Shown here piece by piece: positions 58,279 through 64,000 of a DNA stretch of 64,000 nt; the first letter of the stretch is position 1, and each line of letters starts with the position of its first letter. The translations under genes and the position numbers were made by a program. Under the pieces are notes generated by a model. The model was given only the letters and a program-made list of their open reading frames with translations. It was not told where the DNA came from and ran no database searches. Source of the DNA: Crocinitomicaceae bacterium (GTDB lineage Bacteria; Bacteroidota; Bacteroidia; Flavobacteriales_D; Crocinitomicaceae). The DNA lies in assembly GCA_049611865.1 (NCBI GenBank), contig JBMZAY010000010.1, positions 20,354 to 84,353 on the forward strand, in the 5' to 3' direction.

Positions 58279-58955
58279 AGCAATTTCTTTGGTTGCCCTG
58301 CAATGAAACTTTTAAGGTAATTTGGCTCGAAATAAGCAACATCTACAAAGTTCTTTTCTTGAAAGTTTTGTTCAGCAAGCTTAACCATTCCTCTTGCGCT
58401 GACATTGGTTGTTAAATCGAAATTCGTATTGGGATGCACAATTACATCCTGACATTTTTCTGCTCCAGGCCCCATAAAAAGAACTGATCCGTTTTCTAAC
58501 AAATCTTTGAATGAAAATTCATCTATGATAACCGGCTCTGTTGATTTGACCTCTTTATTGTTCTGATCATAAACCGCCGCATAAACTTCCATTCTGCGTG
58601 CATCGAACATGGGACATCTGTAGTCATGTGCATTAGATGCTGCGCGATTTGCAAGTGAAGCCAATGAATTGATGGCAATCAATGGTAAATTTCTAGCATA
58701 GCACAAACCTTTTGCCGTTGAAACACCTATTCGTAATCCCGTATATGAACCCGGTCCTTCGCTTACTGCAATCGCATCGATATCATTCCAATCAACTCCT
58801 TCGTCTTCTAATAAATCAATGATCATCGTATTCAACTTCTCTGCGTGTGAATACTGTTCCAAATGAAAATCTTTATAGGCCAGTAGCTGACCGTTTTTAC
58901 CGAGAGCGACGGAGCATGTACGCGTTGCTGTTTCTAGTGACAGAATTAATCCCAT
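58275..58955 (-). CDS. tsaB: tRNA t6A biosynthesis protein TsaB
   Basis: LETATRTCSVA, HAEKL, GPGSYTGLRIG, FDARRMEVY, FEPNYLK. Confidence 0.95.
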   Translation of the reverse strand: MGLILSLETATRTCSVALGKNGQLLAYKDFHLEQYSHAEKLNTMIIDLLEDEGVDWNDIDAIAVSEGPGSYTGLRIGVSTAKGLCYARNLPLIAINSLASLANRAASNAHDYRCPMFDARRMEVYAAVYDQNNKEVKSTEPVIIDEFSFKDLLENGSVLFMGPGAEKCQDVIVHPNTNFDLTTNVSARGMVKLAEQNFQEKNFVDVAYFEPNYLKSFIAGQPKKLL

Positions 58956-60142
58956 TAATCAATAATTTTGATTTCTACACGACGATTGGCCTCTTCTTCT
59001 TTGATTGATTTAGGCTCTGGAAAGATCATTTTTGTATTTCCGTAACCTCTCACTTCTATTCGGTCTCCATCTATACCATTGTCCTTGAGGAAAGATTTTA
59101 CGGCTTTTGCTCTTTTCTCAGACAAGGATTTGATGCGACCTTCATTTTCCATGCCGGGTGCATTAACGTGTCCCTGAATTTCTATTCTAATCTCACTGTT
59201 CAGCGCCATGAAGTCTAAGAGTCGTTTTAAGGCTGGATATGCTATCGGTAAAAAATCATCTGAATCCTGTTCGAATTTAATATTTTGTAGCGCGAGTTTT
59301 TTGCCGGGAGATAATCGCTCCAACTCCAACAATATTTCCATATTTTGTCCTCTCGCATCCTTCGTTTCAAAATCTTTCACAAACAAGAAATAACCTTTCG
59401 TATTGGACTCGATGTGCATCTCTTTTTCTGTTGTTGCATCAAACAAAAAATCAGTCCCCATAAACAAATCATTGTCGCGTTTTACACCATTAATGATCAT
59501 GTTTGCTTCTACCGGCTCTCCAGTTTCTTTGTCTCGTATTCGAACGCGCAAGAATTTACCGTTTTTATTTCTTCTAAAATCTTGCACAACAATTCGTGTT
59601 CTTTCAAGCTTTCCAATTCGTTTGTATTGAACGGTTACATGGCCTTTGTATGTTGAATTGGTATGAATCATTAAGTAGAAAATATCATCCACTTTACACT
59701 CAACCGAACCTTTAAACCCTTCTCCGCCATAATCCGTTGCACCTTTAGTGTGATACGAGGTGCTTTGAAACAATAGTGATGAAACACGATCAGCTTCCAA
59801 TTTCTCACAAAAGGAGTTGTCATTGGCACGAAACAGGTAGTAGCTAAAATCAACGTTATTTTCGGTCGAAATAACAAATTCAAAACTCCCTTCAACCCTA
59901 GGCTCAAGTCGTAACCAAACAGAATTTACTTCATGAAAATCTTCGTCCAATTCAATAAAATCGTCTCTCACTCCCCAGTTTCCAGGGAACTGAACACGAG
60001 AAGGCTGGTTGAAGTCAAAAACTTCTACTGCCCCAAAACAATCAGCAAATGAATTGGAGAAATGCATTTTAAACCCCTGTCCCCAGGACAAGGTTGCAAA
60101 TAAAATACTCAGTAAGCAGAGATATTTTATGTTGTTACTCAT
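58955..60142 (-). CDS. OmpA family protein
   Basis: Signal peptide; C-terminal OmpA-like domain IEIQGHVN..LSEKRAKAV..GYG..NRRVE. Confidence 0.88.
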   Translation of the reverse strand: MSNNIKYLCLLSILFATLSWGQGFKMHFSNSFADCFGAVEVFDFNQPSRVQFPGNWGVRDDFIELDEDFHEVNSVWLRLEPRVEGSFEFVISTENNVDFSYYLFRANDNSFCEKLEADRVSSLLFQSTSYHTKGATDYGGEGFKGSVECKVDDIFYLMIHTNSTYKGHVTVQYKRIGKLERTRIVVQDFRRNKNGKFLRVRIRDKETGEPVEANMIINGVKRDNDLFMGTDFLFDATTEKEMHIESNTKGYFLFVKDFETKDARGQNMEILLELERLSPGKKLALQNIKFEQDSDDFLPIAYPALKRLLDFMALNSEIRIEIQGHVNAPGMENEGRIKSLSEKRAKAVKSFLKDNGIDGDRIEVRGYGNTKMIFPEPKSIKEEEANRRVEIKIID

Positions 60143-60197
60143 TATGAAGTAAAGATACTTTAATTTTACAAAATTATTTAATTATGCTTGCAACTGC

Positions 60198-60554
60198 ATG
60201 GAGAACGTTAAAACATTATACGAACACCTTGGTGACAAACAGCTACAAAAACTAATTAACAGTTTTTATGCCAGAGTTTTCAAAAGTCCGATTATTGGAC
60301 CATTATTTAACGAAACCAATGCCGACGCAATCAAAGATAAACAATACCGATTTTTGACACAGTTATTAGGAGGACCGTCCAGATATTCGGAAAAATATGG
60401 TCATCCTCGAATGCGCATGAGACATATGCCCCATGCCATTACGCCAGAAGCAAAAGAGGAGTGGTTAAAGCTCATGAAAGATGCCATTCACGATCTTGAT
60501 ATTTCTGATGAGTTGAAAAACGCACTTTATTTGGAGCAGTCTCAATTTTTGTAA
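60198..60554 (+). CDS. Truncated hemoglobin (group II-like globin), natural C-terminus apparently lost
   Basis: [30 protein letters not shown]. The last residues LEQSQFL are read from the antisense strand of the icd fragment. Confidence 0.82.
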   Translation: MENVKTLYEHLGDKQLQKLINSFYARVFKSPIIGPLFNETNADAIKDKQYRFLTQLLGGPSRYSEKYGHPRMRMRHMPHAITPEAKEEWLKLMKDAIHDLDISDELKNALYLEQSQFL

Positions 60555-61458
60555 TCAAATCACCGAATCCATTTCTTTCCTCTACTCCTAAGTCATCTAA
60601 CGTTTTTCCATGTTTCTCCCAAATCGCTTTGAAATACGCTTTTACTGCATAACCAAAAATGATAGGATCAGACACCTTCATCATGGTAGCTTTCATATGG
60701 ATTGAAAACAATACACCTTTATCTCTCGCGTCAGCAACTTGCTCTTCTAAAAATGTAACCAACTGTTTAACGCTCATATAGGTAGCATCGATAATCTCAC
60801 CTTCCAGCAGATTCAATGTTTTTAAAACTTCTTTTTCACCAGCCTTGGACACAAATTCGATGCTTACTTTACCTTCGCGTGGCATCGTGTACGATTTTTC
60901 ATTTGATCGAAAATCACCTGATGACATCGTTGACACGTGGGTTTTAGAAACAGCCGACCACGCATCCATTCGATGCGGATTTGCTTTCGCATAATTTTTC
61001 ACAGCTCTTGGTGCTCTCCTATCTGAATTACCCTCACGTAAAACTGGATTCACAGCACTACCTTTGACTTTATTGTATCGCGATTGAATTTCTTTTTCTT
61101 CGTCTGATTCTGGATCTTCAGGATAATCAGGAATATTAAACTCTTTAGATTGTAGCTCTTGAATTGCTTCTAATAACTGAGGTACAGAGGCACTAATATT
61201 TGGTAATTTGATGATGTTTGCTTCTGACTGTTTGGCTAATTCTCCAAGTTCAGAAAGTGTGTCTGATATCTTTTGCTCATTTGTGAGATAATCAGGAAAT
61301 GCAGCCAGAATTCTACCTGCCAATGAAATATCTTTTGTTTCGATGTTAATCCCAGCAGAACGGGTAAATGCTTGTACAATTGGTAAGAAAGATTGAGTTG
61401 CTAATGCTGGTGCTTCATCTGTAATCGTGCAGACGATGGGAGCGTTGTCTAATGCCAT
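60472..61458 (-). pseudogene. icd: Monomeric NADP-isocitrate dehydrogenase, N-terminal ~300 aa only
   Basis: [61 protein letters not shown]. This family is normally about 740 aa; the tail [19 protein letters not shown] is antisense globin sequence. Confidence 0.85.
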
Positions 61459-61668
61459 TGTTGATCTTTGTAATAAACCGATAAAAAATGTTTAATCGTA
61501 AGAAGGGGGCCTTACGAGGCCGCAAAGATACTGTTTTGTCGTTGATATCCTACTTTTCTCCGTATCAATTTGAAGCCTTTGCTACAAAGAAATATCATCT
61601 AATCTAAAGCATTGGTAATGAATGTCACTTTTTAAAAGAATGAGGGTGTGATCTTTTTTATTGCCTAT

Positions 61669-62442
61669 CTATTCCAAGTCCTGATTTATCTGAGGCTTTG
61701 CCTTTATTCTTGGTACGACACGAATACCAAGACCATGCATTCTAACCTCACTTAACCATGTTCTCGTATCCGGTTGTTCGTACAATGACGTCGGTTTTGT
61801 AAAAAGCGCGTAGCGAAATAAATTCAAGTTCAGAAAACAGGACAAATAAAAACTATCGTATTTTTCCGTAATTTGAGGTTGATAATTCAAAACTAAAGCG
61901 GGATAGTTTGGACTAACCATCGCTCCATCAAACCCAGCACCTGGAGTATTTGTGCGCACAATAGCATTTAAACCAACTCCGATCGCGTTACTCAATTTAA
62001 TCTTTTCAGACGCATTGTAATGAATATCGAAATAATGAGTGAAGTTAATCACGTGATAACGCACTTTATATTCTAATCCTCCGAACAAATTAACGATTGA
62101 GTCGGTGTTACTAGTTGAGCTTCCTTGATAAAGTAGGTTACCCGTGCTCCTAAAAAATCGATAACCCAATTCCATTGAGTAACCCAATTGCCATTTATCA
62201 TCCTTTTCAAAGCGCCGACCGTAACTGCGAAGACTCAAAGCCTGAGCCAGGGTGCCGAGATTTTGATTGAGTCGATATAAATCCCATGTCTCATTCTCAT
62301 TGTAAACTTGCAAGTAATTCAAAAATTCTGATTGCGAATAAATGGCCGAGAGTTCATATCCACCTCCAAATGAAAATTGCGCATTTGCTTTATTGCACGA
62401 AAAGGCAAGCAAAATCGCGATGAGAGCATATAAACGAAACAT
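61669..62442 (-). CDS. Exported hypothetical protein, possible outer-membrane beta-barrel
   Basis: Signal peptide and aromatic-rich alternating strands; no family recognised. Confidence 0.6.
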   Translation of the reverse strand: MFRLYALIAILLAFSCNKANAQFSFGGGYELSAIYSQSEFLNYLQVYNENETWDLYRLNQNLGTLAQALSLRSYGRRFEKDDKWQLGYSMELGYRFFRSTGNLLYQGSSTSNTDSIVNLFGGLEYKVRYHVINFTHYFDIHYNASEKIKLSNAIGVGLNAIVRTNTPGAGFDGAMVSPNYPALVLNYQPQITEKYDSFYLSCFLNLNLFRYALFTKPTSLYEQPDTRTWLSEVRMHGLGIRVVPRIKAKPQINQDLE

Positions 62443-62472
62443 TAGTCAGTTGGTTTTAACCAAAAATAAGCC

Positions 62473-62751
62473 TTATCTGAACATAATGCCATAAACACGA
62501 CCGATTTTATCATCAATATCTCGTCCTGAGAAGTTTCTAACAAATCGGCTGTGCTCTTTCCCATCGAAAAACACTAGTAAAACAGGTGCAGTATAGACGC
62601 CATATTGAGCAGCCATCTTTTCAAGCTCTTCTCCTTCCATCGTCTGGAAATCCAATTCAGGATACTGTGTTTCAATATGTGTTTTAACCTTTGGATAAAG
62701 GACCGAGCACACGCTGCATTGATCTCCTCTAAAATAAATCGCCTTATTCAT
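62473..62751 (-). CDS. Thioredoxin family protein
   Basis: CSVC (CxxC), YGVYTAPVLLVFFDGKE. Confidence 0.85.
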   Translation of the reverse strand: MNKAIYFRGDQCSVCSVLYPKVKTHIETQYPELDFQTMEGEELEKMAAQYGVYTAPVLLVFFDGKEHSRFVRNFSGRDIDDKIGRVYGIMFR

Positions 62752-63424
62752 GATCCATTATACATTTTGCCCATTTCAAATCCATCGGGGATGTGATTTT
62801 AATATTCTCTTCATTACCCGCTACTGCTGTAATTTCTCCCCCGGCGTATTCGACTACTGAAGCATCGTCCATAAATTCGTTTTTATACCTTGATTGGTAT
62901 GCGGCTTTCAATAATTTCGATTGAAAACATTGTGGTGTTTGCACCAATGCAAAATCCTTTCGAGAAACAGCCCGCGTGGTTTGACCATTAATTGTTCTTA
63001 TGGACTCTTTTAACGATATAACTGGCACAGCAGCCCCATTTTGTTGTGCTGATGAAAAGCAATTCTCAATAACTTTTTTACTCACAAATGGACGGACCGC
63101 ATCGTGAACAGCAATCAATTCACCCGAAGCAATAGCAAGTCCATTTTTTACGGAAAAAAAGCGTTCAACGCCTCCTTCCACAATTTCATGTTTAATGCTA
63201 AAATTATGTTTTTGACAGAGCTTGTTCCAGTTTGCCTTTTGATCTGATGGTATAACGACTACAACCTGTATATCGGAATCAAAATCAACAAACTTCTCGA
63301 TGGTGTGCATGATGATGGGTTTACCGTCAATTTCAAGAAATTGCTTTGGTATTGCTCCTCCCATTCTTTTTCCTGTACCCCCAGCAGTAATGATTACTGA
63401 ATGTTTAATGGAAGAAAAAGACAT
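62744..63424 (-). CDS. ispD: 2-C-methyl-D-erythritol 4-phosphate cytidylyltransferase
   Basis: AGGTGKRMG..PKQF, GGVERFFSV, HDAVRP, VQTPQ, NIKITSPMD. Confidence 0.93.
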   Translation of the reverse strand: MSFSSIKHSVIITAGGTGKRMGGAIPKQFLEIDGKPIIMHTIEKFVDFDSDIQVVVVIPSDQKANWNKLCQKHNFSIKHEIVEGGVERFFSVKNGLAIASGELIAVHDAVRPFVSKKVIENCFSSAQQNGAAVPVISLKESIRTINGQTTRAVSRKDFALVQTPQCFQSKLLKAAYQSRYKNEFMDDASVVEYAGGEITAVAGNEENIKITSPMDLKWAKCIMDHE

Positions 63425-63442
63425 GATGTAAGCTAAAAAATC

Positions 63443-64000
63443 TTAGATGATTAGCATCGCATCTCCATAAGAGTAGAAACGATACTTCTCTTTAACAGCC
63501 TCATTGTATGCTTCTTTGATAAAATCTAGATCAGCAAAAGCTGAAACCATCATCATCAATGTAGACTGTGGAGTATGGAAGTTCGTAATCATTGCATTAG
63601 CAATCGAAAAATCATACGGAGGGAAGATAAACTTATTTGTCCATCCATTAAATGGCTTCAGGTATCCATCTGTAGAAACGCTTGATTCAATCGCTCGCAT
63701 GCTGGTGGTACCAACCGCACAAATCCTTCTTTTTTCTCTTTTGCCTTTATTTACCATTTCAGCGACTTCTTCGGTGATAATGGCCTGCTCAGAATCCATT
63801 TTGTGCTTCGTTAAGTCTTCAACATCAACACTTCGGAAAGTACCTAAACCAACATGAAGTGTCAATTCAGCAAATTCAATTCCTTTTATTTCGAATCGCT
63901 TTAGCAATTCACGGCTAAAATGTAATCCTGCAGTTGGCGCAGCAACCGCACCTTCATTTTTTGCATAAATTGTTTGGTAACGCTCTTCATCTTCTGGAAC
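63443..64000 (-). CDS. queA: S-adenosylmethionine:tRNA ribosyltransferase-isomerase, 3' part
   Basis: In frame from 64000: [54 protein letters not shown]. Confidence 0.96.
   Translation of the reverse strand, partial: VPEDEERYQTIYAKNEGAVAAPTAGLHFSRELLKRFEIKGIEFAELTLHVGLGTFRSVDVEDLTKHKMDSEQAIITEEVAEMVNKGKREKRRICAVGTTSMRAIESSVSTDGYLKPFNGWTNKFIFPPYDFSIANAMITNFHTPQSTLMMMVSAFADLDFIKEAYNEAVKEKYRFYSYGDAMLII

Noticed and set aside
216-63857. The many 60-130 aa ORFs antisense to or nested in recognised genes (e.g. 2399..2782, 27269..27661, 46825..47217, 63504..63857)
   Set aside because: They are shadows of the real genes' codon bias (Ser/Ile/Thr-rich mirrors of acidic proteins) with no independent motifs.
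1-64000. tRNA, rRNA, CRISPR array, transposase, integrase, prophage or defence genes
   Set aside because: No cloverleaf, rRNA-like tract, regularly spaced repeat-spacer pattern or diagnostic protein motif was seen in ORFs or spacers; this was by eye, not by covariance search.

Overview
A 64-kb stretch of core chromosome from a Bacteroidota bacterium of the Flavobacteriales type. The assignment rests on gldB/gldC, type IX secretion (T9SS) cargo C-terminal domains and recurrent TAnnTTTG promoters; a Crocinitomicaceae-like lineage is my inference. It is mostly housekeeping genes: panD (partial), prfB, gcvH, tonB, deoC, cysQ, gmd, fcl, a heme-copper oxidase accessory operon, rsmA, serS, rpmA/rplU, proC, engB, nadE, an Fe-S/ferredoxin module, paaZ, ddl, thiL, fumC, gpmI, tsaB, ispD and queA (partial). 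Six T9SS cargo genes are interspersed. I found no tRNA, rRNA, CRISPR array, transposase, integrase or phage gene, and no clear multi-gene novel system. The most unusual observations are: (1) a cytochrome oxidase subunit III with a ~160-aa insertion built from three aligned repeats, in an operon that also encodes a SCO paralog with a non-canonical metal site; (2) ribosomal protein L27 fused to a Rho-N-like domain; (3) three gene lesions, namely an internally deleted T9SS gene, a T9SS gene with one in-frame stop, and a globin and a monomeric isocitrate dehydrogenase truncated against each other; (4) prfB without its programmed frameshift; (5) three tandem DUF6089/PorG-like barrels; (6) two RemB/Wzi-like paralogs flanking a WecA-like gene next to GDP-fucose genes. 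All family assignments come from motif recognition, not database searches.
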